In this document: positions 10,401 through 18,781 of the stretch, piece by piece | Position numbering within the stretch: the stretch's first letter is position 1 | How the letters are laid out: the number at the start of each line of letters is the position of its first letter | Source: an uncultured bacterium | GTDB lineage: Bacteria; CSSED10-310; CAZUFC01 | Reading direction: 5' to 3' | Assembly (NCBI GenBank): GCA_964619725.1 | Contig: CAZUFC010000059.1 | Coordinates: forward strand, 21,038 to 50,774 | Length of the DNA: 29,737 nucleotides | Position numbers and translations under genes: made by a program | The notes under the pieces: model-generated | Seen by the model: the letters and a program-made list of their open reading frames with translations, nothing else | Databases searched by the model: none | What the model was told of the DNA's origin: nothing

Positions 10401-11278
10401 GGATCGGAATTGCATGGATCGCCGGGCGGTTCCTGCGGCGCTCCCGGACCCCGGCCGATACGGTTTAACAGATATACGTCATTATAAGTATTATGGTTAC
10501 AGTCGCCCCCGAATTCATACAAAAAAGTGCTCGGAAATTCATCATCGCCGATCGGTTCATCTATTTCCGTAAACCAGTAACCATGAAGGTATATGCTGTC
10601 CTTGTCCATCTCAGCAATGTGTCGATTCGCATCAGCGACTATGCTCCAAAGCGCCTCCCTTACGCATACCCGGCCCCAAGTCTCTACGTCCGTATAATAA
10701 GCAGGGTCGCCTACATCCGCCCAGAAACCGAATGTGTTTCCGGCCGCAGGTATCTTCTTTGACCAGCTCGTTACGTGAAAGTGATCGTCGATCATCCCCG
10801 GAGTTACTACCGCTCCCTGCAAATCGACAGGTTCAAACCCCGTTAACAGCTCTTCATCAACGCCTTCCGCACGCCAGTAATTCATTATTTCCGTTATAGT
10901 GACCCCTGGAGCCGGCGGATGCTCCATCGTCAGAAGGTCCGGATACTCGGAAACCGGCTTCGCCGTCAACCAACCGGGACCGGGATTCCCCGGCAAGGAC
11001 GGATAAATAGCCGCTATGCGTCCGTTATCAGGATCGATCAAAACGGCATGCAGAACATACAATCGATAACGATCGGCCTTGCTTGCTGCATCCAATGCTG
11101 AAACAGGGTCTACCGTCAAAAAATAACCGTTATACAAACACCGTAAACGCTCCGCAGCATCCGCACCATATCCGGTAAATTCCTCGAATTCCCTTTCTGC
11201 TCTACAGATTCCCTCGATGCCTGACAACGCTATGCAAAAAATAACTGCTGCCGATGCCGAAATTGCTGAAACTTTCAT
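7460..11278 (-). CDS. Large exported metal-dependent amidohydrolase (amidohydrolase_3/YtcJ-like) with extra C-terminal domain
   Basis: Signal peptide-like N-terminus; family motifs in order: DLQGAVVTPGMIDDHFH, HTSGQACWYNS, GVTAVND, KIQLDGGTGART, HCIGDGAV, RYRIEH, SVQP, ALDTDPP, LSVEQALSAMT..PAY...EMGAI, ADM. Confidence 0.85.
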   Translation of the reverse strand: MKVSAISASAAVIFCIALSGIEGICRAEREFEEFTGYGADAAERLRCLYNGYFLTVDPVSALDAASKADRYRLYVLHAVLIDPDNGRIAAIYPSLPGNPGPGWLTAKPVSEYPDLLTMEHPPAPGVTITEIMNYWRAEGVDEELLTGFEPVDLQGAVVTPGMIDDHFHVTSWSKKIPAAGNTFGFWADVGDPAYYTDVETWGRVCVREALWSIVADANRHIAEMDKDSIYLHGYWFTEIDEPIGDDEFPSTFLYEFGGDCNHNTYNDVYLLNRIGRGPGAPQEPPGDPCNSDPSEWPPVTYESTAAVLVHTSGQACWYNSETLEAFNDYQENELGEKFDEVSVLSISPPSPSEDDWTVRLDAGDPDLNELMSLAPPYPIDIAVVYDPPGEDLYVPFQTLSRDAEEHELKVRPFIEDLAYDAFNEVEFTAAAVPFYRTIVECITDAEWQDAAEYADHSVSEEMLDYGDWDPREPHGTNWYNGAERGLIQYFHDAEAGVWRPSGYAEHYVMRDALSSFVIDEPTVEDCMEHRRRLADWCHRHGVTAVNDIMFYRRVTNTYEFESYEALSYDHGEGYGGAGRGYRDSVPTSADPFNLRVGLYYYIENAVEVQKTMSLAHSPTDGYDVERLQAPAGHSEYPGWVRWLGWKIQLDGGTGARTLCTNAPMAKARMDDSYETEDEDGNTLTFLNHSYGLLTMTNLQEQVFTSRETAALYWLVRESDPSSPHYNDALQNDWTFFKEGIVGFLNREISEQDLRDDLNALDHVELITSGYPPRDQPAELAGKLGDLIEQIQDGYERTLAAAAKIFYERSAAKAEGVPMPCQTVCHCIGDGAVDVWARIIRQLKYDVEHFPETWGELPSYWQDVIPEDADLSLVDREFDNERYRIEHILNMSCRAVQDIRGTGGIDSETTPDSRNVVFSVQPSLLALDGQSIRNNGFPYAQELWKIPDCEIGSFWRNLPWRPRSHHHMPCPLFMDYDIPFALDTDPPAVRDPRPVITLISAVARTPIEINPTDWVGKFGEDPACKPTDYLAGKVYGPLGLTTQTPANPMRLSVEQALSAMTFWPAYVSGLDQEMGAIAVPRESSESPGWFADMIIWKANPLGIRGPGGTSLETLGRTPEGVQDTERLATVNAFIRKFLPQITLIGGAIVWQLGVRMEMPTVVHAGDDFFVNAYIDNPGDTMTDVPVFFLMDIYGEYWFWPCWKYYNPPESEEIDYQIMNVPTGTTPVKVIPTITWPDIGNVEIHGLYFYGAMLNQEMNQIIGNWEAVEWGCEP

Positions 11279-11498
11279 TCCTGATGCCCCCTTACTTAAA
11301 TCTCCTCAGTCGTTAGTCCAGAAGATGAAAATCACCTCCCAAAACCTGGATATTTTGATCATCGCTGAAAAAAGAGGTTAAAACTGACATGAAACCCCGT
11401 TTGCAAAGCATCCTTGTCCGTGTTGCTAATGCGGTAATTGATCAGCTCCTGGCCGTGAAAGACTAATCATCCGCCATCCAGCATAAAGCATCCCGCAA

Positions 11499-11756
11499 CT
11501 ATTCCTCCCCTTCAATCCTGTTCCAGTCGAAACGGAATCCCTTTCCTTCCGGCAGGCTTCCGCACCGCTTTTTGAATAACATCACCGTTTTCATAAGCGT
11601 TTTATAAAGCGCTCTGCAACGCGGATGCTCGCATATTAAACGTTCAGCCTTTTTTTTCTGTTCCGGCGTCGCGTCTCCGTCCACCAGATCGTTGATTAAC
11701 TCTATTATTTCTTCACAGGGCGGTTTCGAATGCTCGTCCATATTATTATGCGTCAC
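11499..11756 (-). CDS. Cytoplasmic zinc-finger (zf-HC2-like) anti-sigma factor
   Basis: CEEIIELINDLVDGD...ICEHPRC; GTGA overlap with the upstream sigma gene; no TM segment. Confidence 0.8.
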   Translation of the reverse strand: MTHNNMDEHSKPPCEEIIELINDLVDGDATPEQKKKAERLICEHPRCRALYKTLMKTVMLFKKRCGSLPEGKGFRFDWNRIEGEE

Positions 11757-12313
11757 TTTGACCCCTTCTTTCTCTCAACGTAAGATTCCAGCTCCTTCCT
11801 TAAAAACATCCGGGCCCGGTGAAGTCTTACCTTGACATTTGACATCGATATCTCCAGGGCCTCCGCCGTCTGCTTCCCGCTTAATCCCTCGACGTCCCGC
11901 ATCAGGAATACTATGCGGTAAGACTCCGGAAGCTTCATTATCACTTCGTCAAGATATTCGTTCAGCTCTTCATTGAGCGTTTGAGTCAACGGATCATCAG
12001 ACCAGTCGGAAACAGCGGGCAATCCGTCGCTTTGAACCTCGGGGGACATTTCCTCCAGTATCTCCGGGTCCACGGTTTTTGTTTTTCCCTTTTTCTTTCG
12101 GGACATGCACGTATGAGCCGCAATGCGGTAAAGCCATGTCGAAATTTTTGAATCTCCACGAAACGTATGCCAGCTTTTTATGGCTTTCAATGCCGTATCC
12201 TGAAGCACTTCTTCGGCATCCTGCGGATTCCCGCATATTTTCCAGGCTATCCTGAACATCCTGTCCTGTTCTTCTTCCAAATGTTTTTTTAATATCACGG
12301 GCGATTTTCCCAT
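11753..12313 (-). CDS. ECF RNA polymerase sigma factor
   Basis: Region 2 DAEEVLQDT...FRGDSKISTWLYRIA; region 4 LPESYRIVFLMRDVEGLS...VKVRLHRAR. Confidence 0.95.
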   Translation of the reverse strand: MGKSPVILKKHLEEEQDRMFRIAWKICGNPQDAEEVLQDTALKAIKSWHTFRGDSKISTWLYRIAAHTCMSRKKKGKTKTVDPEILEEMSPEVQSDGLPAVSDWSDDPLTQTLNEELNEYLDEVIMKLPESYRIVFLMRDVEGLSGKQTAEALEISMSNVKVRLHRARMFLRKELESYVERKKGSK

Positions 12314-12431
12314 TTCTTTGTTCCGCCTTGTCTCCTTGAAACTGAATTATCCTTGAAACGTCAGCCGGCTCTTACCCAATATCAGTTTTATTTTGGTTGA
12401 GTCAATTCTGTTTTACATGTTACCCATTGTC

Positions 12432-12459
12432 TTGAATTTTTTCATTAAGTTGGTAAAAT
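12432..12459 (+). promoter_or_regulatory. Candidate sigma70 promoter of the peptide ABC operon
   Basis: TTGAAT-16 nt-TAAAAT with extended -10 TG, immediately upstream of the GGAGG RBS. Confidence 0.4.
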
Positions 12460-12479
12460 ACGCCCGGAGGAAATTCTCC

Positions 12480-14447
12480 ATGAAAACAGCGAAAACCATG
12501 AAAAAGAAGAGCGTGATGAAAAAAATGAAAAAAAACCGATTTTATTTTCTATTTTTGTCGATGGCGATAACCGTCGCTTTTATACTTCCTGCATCCTGGG
12601 CGCAGGAGGCAGCGGAAAGCGAACCGGTTGCCGAAGAAAATATGGAAGTAACCGTGACTCGCGATCCTGAAACCGACGTGATCATTATTGAAGATAAAGG
12701 CAATACCGTTGAAATGCCTCCATTTGAATATCCGGAGGTCATGCTTTTTACCGATCCGGAAATTCCGACGGGAGGAACGATACGGTTCGCCATTTCTTCA
12801 GAGCCCGCCAATTTAAATCCTGTAACGGGAAAGGACAGGGCATCGAGCGCGGTCAATTCCTGGGTCATTGAAGGACTTCTGACCCGGGATGTGGAAACCA
12901 GGGCCTGGCTTCCAGAGCTGGCTGACAGGTGGAAAATCGTGGAGCATGAGGATTACCAGGAGTTTTATTTTCATATTGATGAAGGGGCTTATTTTTCAGA
13001 CGGCGAGCCGGTAACTGCTGACGACGTGGTTTTTTCCTACTACGTCTATTTCGATGATGACATTCCCAATCAGCATCAGCGGCCCTATTTTTCGCACATT
13101 GAAAAAGTGGAAAAACTGACGGATCATATCGTCAAATTTACCACGAAAGACCCTTACTACATCAATTTCAATTTTGCCGCGGCAATCGACGTTCTCCCCC
13201 AACACATTTATGAACCCTTCTTCCGGGCGGTGTACAAGGAGAAGCGCGACATAGACACGGTAGAACCCAATCTCAATCTGATCAGTTACGGAAGCGGCAA
13301 TTATCTTCTGAAGGAATGGGTGAAAGGCAAACACATTATACTGGAGCGGGACAAAAATTACTGGTCGCGAAATAAGAGGCATCGAACAGGGCGTTGCAAC
13401 TTTGATTTCATGGTGGAAAAGATCATCCGTGACGATAAGATCGCCTATGAATATTTTAAGAAGGAAGAAACGGATTACCACGCGTTTACTCCGCGGGAAT
13501 GGGTCAAGGAAGAGGATTATAAAGGATTTCAAAGCGGCCGGCTTATTCGCATGGAAATTTACAATGACGTACCCCGGGGATACGGTTATATCGCCTGGAA
13601 TAATATCGATCCACAACAAAGCAATCCGGAAAACCTGGAATGGGCGCCTCATAAACTTTTCGGAGATGCCCGAGTAAGGCGCGCCATGACCCACCTGGTC
13701 GACAGGCGATTATTTTGCGAAAAACTCCTTTACGGTTACGGTGAACCGACTACCGGGCCTTACGGCAACAAGTCGATTTATACCGATCCGGGCATCGAGC
13801 CTTATCCCTTTGACCCGCAAAAGGCGGTGGAACTTTTGCACGAGGCCGGTTGGTTCGATACAGACGGCGATAGAGTCCTGGATAAAGAAATCGACGGTCA
13901 AAAGGTCGATTTCAAATTCACGTTGCTGATGCCTCAGAATACGGGGGAATCAGCGGCTTTCATGAGTATTGTCCAGCAGGATATGCACCGGGTCGGCGTT
14001 GAAATGAACATCAAACAGGTGGAATGGAACAGTTTTCAGAAGTTGACGGATGAAAAAAACTTCGATGCCATGACCATGAATTGGTCCGGAACTTTGAATC
14101 CAGACCCCGTTCCTATATGGCACAGTTCGAGCGCCCGGCCCGGCGGTTTCAACATGATCGCCTACAGCAACGAAGAAGTCGACAGGCTGGCGGTGGAAGG
14201 CATCAGCACAATGGATAACCAAGAGAGAATAGAAAAATTTCGACGTATTCATCAGATACTCCATGAAGATCAGCCCTATACTTTTCTGACGGAAATGAAA
14301 GGTTCTCTGCTCGCAAGAAACAACCGCATCTACACGCAACCTTCGAATTTGACAGGCAAAGAATATTACAGATACTACACGGGATTATCCTTCTGGTACA
14401 TCCCTGAACAACGTCGTATGGCGCCTCCCGTGGCTTCCGCCGAATAA
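12480..14447 (+). CDS. Peptide ABC transporter substrate-binding protein (family 5, OppA/YejA-like)
   Basis: Lys-rich signal peptide ending AWA; PTGGTIR, EPANLNP, PELADRW, FSDGEPVTADDVVFS, DARVRRAM, AVELLHEAGW, HEDQPYTFL. Start placed at ATG 12480 (GGAGG 9 nt upstream); later in-frame ATGs are possible. Confidence 0.92.
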   Translation: MKTAKTMKKKSVMKKMKKNRFYFLFLSMAITVAFILPASWAQEAAESEPVAEENMEVTVTRDPETDVIIIEDKGNTVEMPPFEYPEVMLFTDPEIPTGGTIRFAISSEPANLNPVTGKDRASSAVNSWVIEGLLTRDVETRAWLPELADRWKIVEHEDYQEFYFHIDEGAYFSDGEPVTADDVVFSYYVYFDDDIPNQHQRPYFSHIEKVEKLTDHIVKFTTKDPYYINFNFAAAIDVLPQHIYEPFFRAVYKEKRDIDTVEPNLNLISYGSGNYLLKEWVKGKHIILERDKNYWSRNKRHRTGRCNFDFMVEKIIRDDKIAYEYFKKEETDYHAFTPREWVKEEDYKGFQSGRLIRMEIYNDVPRGYGYIAWNNIDPQQSNPENLEWAPHKLFGDARVRRAMTHLVDRRLFCEKLLYGYGEPTTGPYGNKSIYTDPGIEPYPFDPQKAVELLHEAGWFDTDGDRVLDKEIDGQKVDFKFTLLMPQNTGESAAFMSIVQQDMHRVGVEMNIKQVEWNSFQKLTDEKNFDAMTMNWSGTLNPDPVPIWHSSSARPGGFNMIAYSNEEVDRLAVEGISTMDNQERIEKFRRIHQILHEDQPYTFLTEMKGSLLARNNRIYTQPSNLTGKEYYRYYTGLSFWYIPEQRRMAPPVASAE

Positions 14448-14535
14448 GGCGGAATTCCCGTGATGAAGCGCAATGAATAATGGAAGTCACAGCTATCGAA
14501 ATAAGGACATCTTGAAAGATTAAGGAAAAAACACT

Positions 14536-16446
14536 ATGCTCGCATACATCATTAGAAGGCTTTTCGCTATCATTCCCACGTTTTTCGGCATAACCATCGT
14601 CGTTTTCGTCGTGTTGAACATGGCGCCCGGAGGCCCGGTCGAACAGGCCCTTCAGAAAATCAGGTACAGCGGCATAATGGGCGGCGAAAGCCAGGCCATG
14701 GCAGGTTCAGCTTCCGCCACCGCCAAGGAAACTGCCGTCAATGAGGAAATACTGGAAGCGCTCCAGGAACAATACGGCTTCGATAAACCCGTTATTCTTA
14801 ATCCCAGAGTGGAAGACCGTCGCGTCGCAGGCATCGACCGCATCGGCGCCCTCATATTCAGCATCGATCAAAGACCGGAGTCAAAAAGTCATCAGGACCT
14901 CGAAGAAATGGGAACAGCGGTCGTTCCTTATCTCGTTCCGGCCTTAATCGATGATCAGGGCAGCGCCCAGGGCGTATTTAATCTTGTCTATGAAAACGGG
15001 TTGGACAAAATTCATGAGCGTATCGCTTATCTGACCCTGGCGAAACCGGATTTGAAACCCAAAGATGTTACGAGCGAAGAATTCAATCGATATATGCGTC
15101 AGGCGGAAAAACATATCGCCAAAGCTGTCGAAGCGGATAAAGAAAGCGTCTTTGAAAAACTCATCGAAGGCAGACAAGAAGCCGCTAAAGCATTGGAACA
15201 GGACGCTGAAAAACTGTCGATTGATAATTTCAGAAATCTAATTACGGCTCCTCTGCTTGAGTTCCTGGGCGATAAAATCGGGGAGGAAGCCGTCGAGAAT
15301 CGTGAAACCCTGGCTGAATGGCTGCAGCAAAATAAATCAAAATATACCGAAGAACATATTCAAAGCCTGGCCGATTCCCTGGCCGCAGGCGATCAACAGG
15401 CCGGGAATGAACTGAAACAAATGGGAAAAATTACGCTTCCCGTTATTGTTGAGAAAACCCTGGATGCCCGGGGAGATGCTTTCATCAACTTGCAGCCTGT
15501 TCTGCAGGCTGTCGCGGATAAAACTTTTACCATGGAAGATGTTTCTGACGTCAAGGTTCACGATACAGTCCGCAAGACGATAGACAGATGGTGGGAGGAC
15601 ACCTGGCTGTTGTTCACGGAAGTCGGAATCCTTCAGCGTATCCTTATGTTTTTTACTTATACCCAATACGGGATATGGATAGGCAACATTTTTACCCTGG
15701 ATTTCGGCAACTCCTTTACCTACGAACGTCCTGTCATTGAAGTAATTATCAGCAAGATGCCGATATCAGTCTGGTTCGGCGTCACGTCGTTTTTATTGAC
15801 CTACATGGTCTGCATTCCTCTGGGCGTCATCAAAGCCGTTCGTGACGGCACACCCTTCGATTACAGCACTTCCATACTCCTTTTCATTCTCTACTCCATC
15901 CCGGGATTCGTCCTGGGAGTGGCGCTGATTGTGCTCTTCGGAGGAGGTTCTTACTGGAGCCTTATCCCAATCGGCGGATTTACTTCCGATAATTTCGATC
16001 AACTCTCACTAATAGGAAAATTTCTGGATATGGCCTGGCATATGATAGGACCACTGGTTTCTTACATGGTGGCTTCCTTTACCATGATGACTTTGTTAAT
16101 GAAAAATTCGATTATCGAAGAAATTTCCAAGGATTACTGCAGAACGGCCAGAGCCAAAGGAGTCGACGACAGAAGAGTATATCTGAAACACGCCCTGAGA
16201 AATTCGCTCATTCCGCTCGCCACCGGGATAGGAGGTTTCCTCACCCTGTTCTTCGCCGGTTCCTTCCTCATAGAAAAAGTTTTTAATCTCGACGGTCTGG
16301 GTTTGCTGGGATACACTTCTCTTCTGTCGCGTGATTTTCCCATTCTTCTCGGCTTAATGGTTATACTCTCTGTCCTGGGACTGCTGGGACGCTTAATTTC
16401 TGATCTGGTCTACGTTCTCGTCGACCCCAGAATCGACTTCACATAA
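14536..16446 (+). CDS. yejB: Peptide ABC transporter permease, YejB/OppB-like, with ~290 aa insertion
   Basis: MLAYIIRRL..IPT..GIT, APGGPVEQ, YGFDKP, LDFGNS, KMPIS, EAA loop DYCRTARAKG, HALRNS, DPRIDF; 636 aa versus roughly 350 aa typical. Confidence 0.85.
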   Translation: MLAYIIRRLFAIIPTFFGITIVVFVVLNMAPGGPVEQALQKIRYSGIMGGESQAMAGSASATAKETAVNEEILEALQEQYGFDKPVILNPRVEDRRVAGIDRIGALIFSIDQRPESKSHQDLEEMGTAVVPYLVPALIDDQGSAQGVFNLVYENGLDKIHERIAYLTLAKPDLKPKDVTSEEFNRYMRQAEKHIAKAVEADKESVFEKLIEGRQEAAKALEQDAEKLSIDNFRNLITAPLLEFLGDKIGEEAVENRETLAEWLQQNKSKYTEEHIQSLADSLAAGDQQAGNELKQMGKITLPVIVEKTLDARGDAFINLQPVLQAVADKTFTMEDVSDVKVHDTVRKTIDRWWEDTWLLFTEVGILQRILMFFTYTQYGIWIGNIFTLDFGNSFTYERPVIEVIISKMPISVWFGVTSFLLTYMVCIPLGVIKAVRDGTPFDYSTSILLFILYSIPGFVLGVALIVLFGGGSYWSLIPIGGFTSDNFDQLSLIGKFLDMAWHMIGPLVSYMVASFTMMTLLMKNSIIEEISKDYCRTARAKGVDDRRVYLKHALRNSLIPLATGIGGFLTLFFAGSFLIEKVFNLDGLGLLGYTSLLSRDFPILLGLMVILSVLGLLGRLISDLVYVLVDPRIDFT

Positions 16447-16465
16447 TCTAAGGAGGGGAGACAGC

Positions 16466-17479
16466 ATGGCTTTTATTGACGATCTGACGCGAAGACGGCT
16501 CCGAGCCTTCAGAAAAAGACAGACGGCTTTCTATTCGCTCATTATTTTCCTGCTTATGTTCGTCGTCGGCATGGGCGCTGACTTTATCGCCAACGACAGA
16601 CCTTATGTCATGAAATACCAGGGCGAATTATATTTTCCCATCCTTTTCGATTACCACCCCGAAGAATTCGGCAACGAATGGGCCCTCCATATGGACTACA
16701 AGCAATTCCAAAGCGACCATCAGGATGCGTGGATGCTCTTTCCCCCCATCTCTTGGGGCCCCTTCACCATCAATAAATTCGTGGAAGAATACCCCTCGCC
16801 GCCTTCCTGGGAAAATATCCTGGGAACCGACGACAGAGGTCGCGATGTCGCCTCCAGGCTCATATACGGATTCCGCAATTCCATGATCTACGCCCTGGGC
16901 GTCTGGATTCTCAGCTTCATCATCGGCATCATTTTCGGCGGCATTCAGGGATACTTTGGAGGTAAAGTGGACTTCGCCGGACAACGCCTCATAGAAATTT
17001 ACAATTCCATTCCTTATTTCTTCCTCCTGCTGATACTGATCTCCATCTTTCAACCCAACGTCTGGCTCCTGGTCGCCCTTTCATCAATCTTCGGATGGGT
17101 CAATATATCGCTCTACATGAGAGCCGAATTTCTGCGCCTGAGAAAATTCGATTTCGTGGAAGCCAGCCGCGCCCTCGGCATGAAACACGGCAACATCATC
17201 TTTAAACAGATACTCCCCAACGCACTCAACCCCGTCATCACATTCTCCCCCTTCCGTATCGCAGGCGGAGTCGTCGCTCTCGCCAGCCTCGACTACCTCG
17301 GTTTCGGACTCGCTCCGCCCGCCGCTTCCTGGGGAGAATTGCTGGGACAGGCCCATAAATACTACGACATCGCTCCCTGGCTCATGTTCTCCACTCTCAT
17401 CGCCATCTTCGGCACCGTCAGCCTCCTTAATATGATAGGCGAAGGCGTCAGAACCGCCTTCGATCCCAAGAAATATTGA
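16466..17479 (+). CDS. yejE: Peptide ABC transporter permease, YejE/OppC-like
   Basis: IANDRPYVMKYQGELYFP, PSPPSWENILGTDDRGRDV, EAA loop FVEASRALG, SLDYLGFGL, SWGELL, GEGVRTAFDPK; AAGGAGG RBS. Confidence 0.88.
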   Translation: MAFIDDLTRRRLRAFRKRQTAFYSLIIFLLMFVVGMGADFIANDRPYVMKYQGELYFPILFDYHPEEFGNEWALHMDYKQFQSDHQDAWMLFPPISWGPFTINKFVEEYPSPPSWENILGTDDRGRDVASRLIYGFRNSMIYALGVWILSFIIGIIFGGIQGYFGGKVDFAGQRLIEIYNSIPYFFLLLILISIFQPNVWLLVALSSIFGWVNISLYMRAEFLRLRKFDFVEASRALGMKHGNIIFKQILPNALNPVITFSPFRIAGGVVALASLDYLGFGLAPPAASWGELLGQAHKYYDIAPWLMFSTLIAIFGTVSLLNMIGEGVRTAFDPKKY

Positions 17480-17523
17480 TGCCGCTGCAACGCGCCGGAT
17501 CAACGAAAATAACGGGAGGAAAA

Positions 17524-17757
17524 ATGGCCGTTCAAGTAACCATTCATGAAGCCAAAACACATCTGTCGAAACTGATAAAAAAAGCGCTGAAAGGCGAAGA
17601 AGTGATCATCGCCAACAGAAATCAACCGCTCATTCGCCTGATGCCCCTTCCCGATGCTCAACCCGACAGAAGAATAGGCGGCGCCGAGGACATCATCCTC
17701 CACATGACCGAAGATTTTGATGCTCCACTGGATGATTTCAAGGATTACATGGAATGA
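17524..17757 (+). CDS. Type II antitoxin, Phd/YefM family
   Basis: VTIHEAKTHLSKLI...GEEVIIANRNQPLIRL...DFDAPLDDF; ATG 17524 after GGGAGG; ATGA overlap with the toxin gene. Confidence 0.93.
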   Translation: MAVQVTIHEAKTHLSKLIKKALKGEEVIIANRNQPLIRLMPLPDAQPDRRIGGAEDIILHMTEDFDAPLDDFKDYME

Positions 17758-18140
17758 ACGTGCTTCTCGACACTCACGCTTTTCTCTGGCTCATTTCCGC
17801 AGACGCACGGTTAAGCCGTAAAGCCGTTGACGTATTTCTGGACAAAAAAACCAATCTCTTTTTAAGCATAGCAAGTTACTGGGAAATCTGCGTGAAAATA
17901 AGCCTGGGTAAACTGGAATTAAGATCAGACTGGCCCGAAAAAATAGAAAAAGAAATAAATGTAAACCGAATTCAATTGCTCCCCATAAAACCGGATCACT
18001 GCATCAAAACCACGAACCTCCTGTTCAGCCACAGGGACCCCTTCGACCGGATGATAATAGCCCAGGCCATATCAGAAAAATTCCAGGTAATGACCAACAA
18101 CAAAAGTTTCGCCGACTACCCCATCTCCATTATCTGGTAA
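17754..18140 (+). CDS. vapC: Type II toxin, VapC/PIN domain
   Basis: LLDTHAFLW, SIASYWEI..K..LGKL, HRDPFDRMIIAQA. Confidence 0.93.
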   Translation: MNVLLDTHAFLWLISADARLSRKAVDVFLDKKTNLFLSIASYWEICVKISLGKLELRSDWPEKIEKEINVNRIQLLPIKPDHCIKTTNLLFSHRDPFDRMIIAQAISEKFQVMTNNKSFADYPISIIW

Positions 18141-18259
18141 TAACAAACCCGAAAATCGAAATAATCAAAATGCCCGGATTTCCAAAACCAAATGATAAGC
18201 AATCAAACCCGAATGCCTTTATCGTCAACCTGGAAAAGCAAAAAAACTAAAATCTCCCC

Positions 18260-18293
18260 GTCCTTTATGTCCTTTAAGTCCCCTTGTCGTTTC
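18260..18293. repeat. Degenerate 9-bp periodic tandem array
   Basis: gtcctttat|gtcctttaa|gtcccctt|gtcgtttc downstream of vapC. Confidence 0.65.
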
Positions 18294-18369
18294 GCCCTTC
18301 AATAAATCCAGCCGATCATACTGACCGGTCACAGTCGCAACAGTTCCAATACCCATGCGGGAAAAGCGC

Positions 18370-18777
18370 TTAACGCTTATTTGTATTGTCATCATCAAGT
18401 TCAAAAGGAACCAGTATAAAATTACGCTCCTGAAGCATCTCTGCCGTCAACCGGGGAAACCTTTTTTCAGCTTCAGGCAGGTCGGGAATCTGATCTTCGG
18501 GAATGATGAAAATATTTAATTCAGGATGAAAAAGTTTCCCGGCTGGATGTGCCGAAAAGCCCTTTTTTTTAATAATTGCAGCAGTTTCGTCGTCAATGAT
18601 GTACATTTCGGCCGCATCCGCAAGCAGACGTTGCAGCCGGTACCAGGAACCCTTTGAATGTTTACGCTGACGATTTTCCCACCTGACGATCCGGGACCTG
18701 GACTTTATCCTGGAAACTCGCTTCCGCAACAGGCGAACTGCAAAGGATTTTTCGCCGCTATCCCTATCGGAACACAT
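18370..18777 (-). CDS. Hypothetical protein with basic N-terminal half, coupled to the nucleotidyltransferase
   Basis: 135 aa ORF starting 4 bp after the upstream stop; Arg/Lys-rich RLLRKRVSRIKSRSRIVRW...KHSKGSWYRL; no family recognised. Confidence 0.7.
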   Translation of the reverse strand: MCSDRDSGEKSFAVRLLRKRVSRIKSRSRIVRWENRQRKHSKGSWYRLQRLLADAAEMYIIDDETAAIIKKKGFSAHPAGKLFHPELNIFIIPEDQIPDLPEAEKRFPRLTAEMLQERNFILVPFELDDDNTNKR

Positions 18778-18781
18778 GGCA

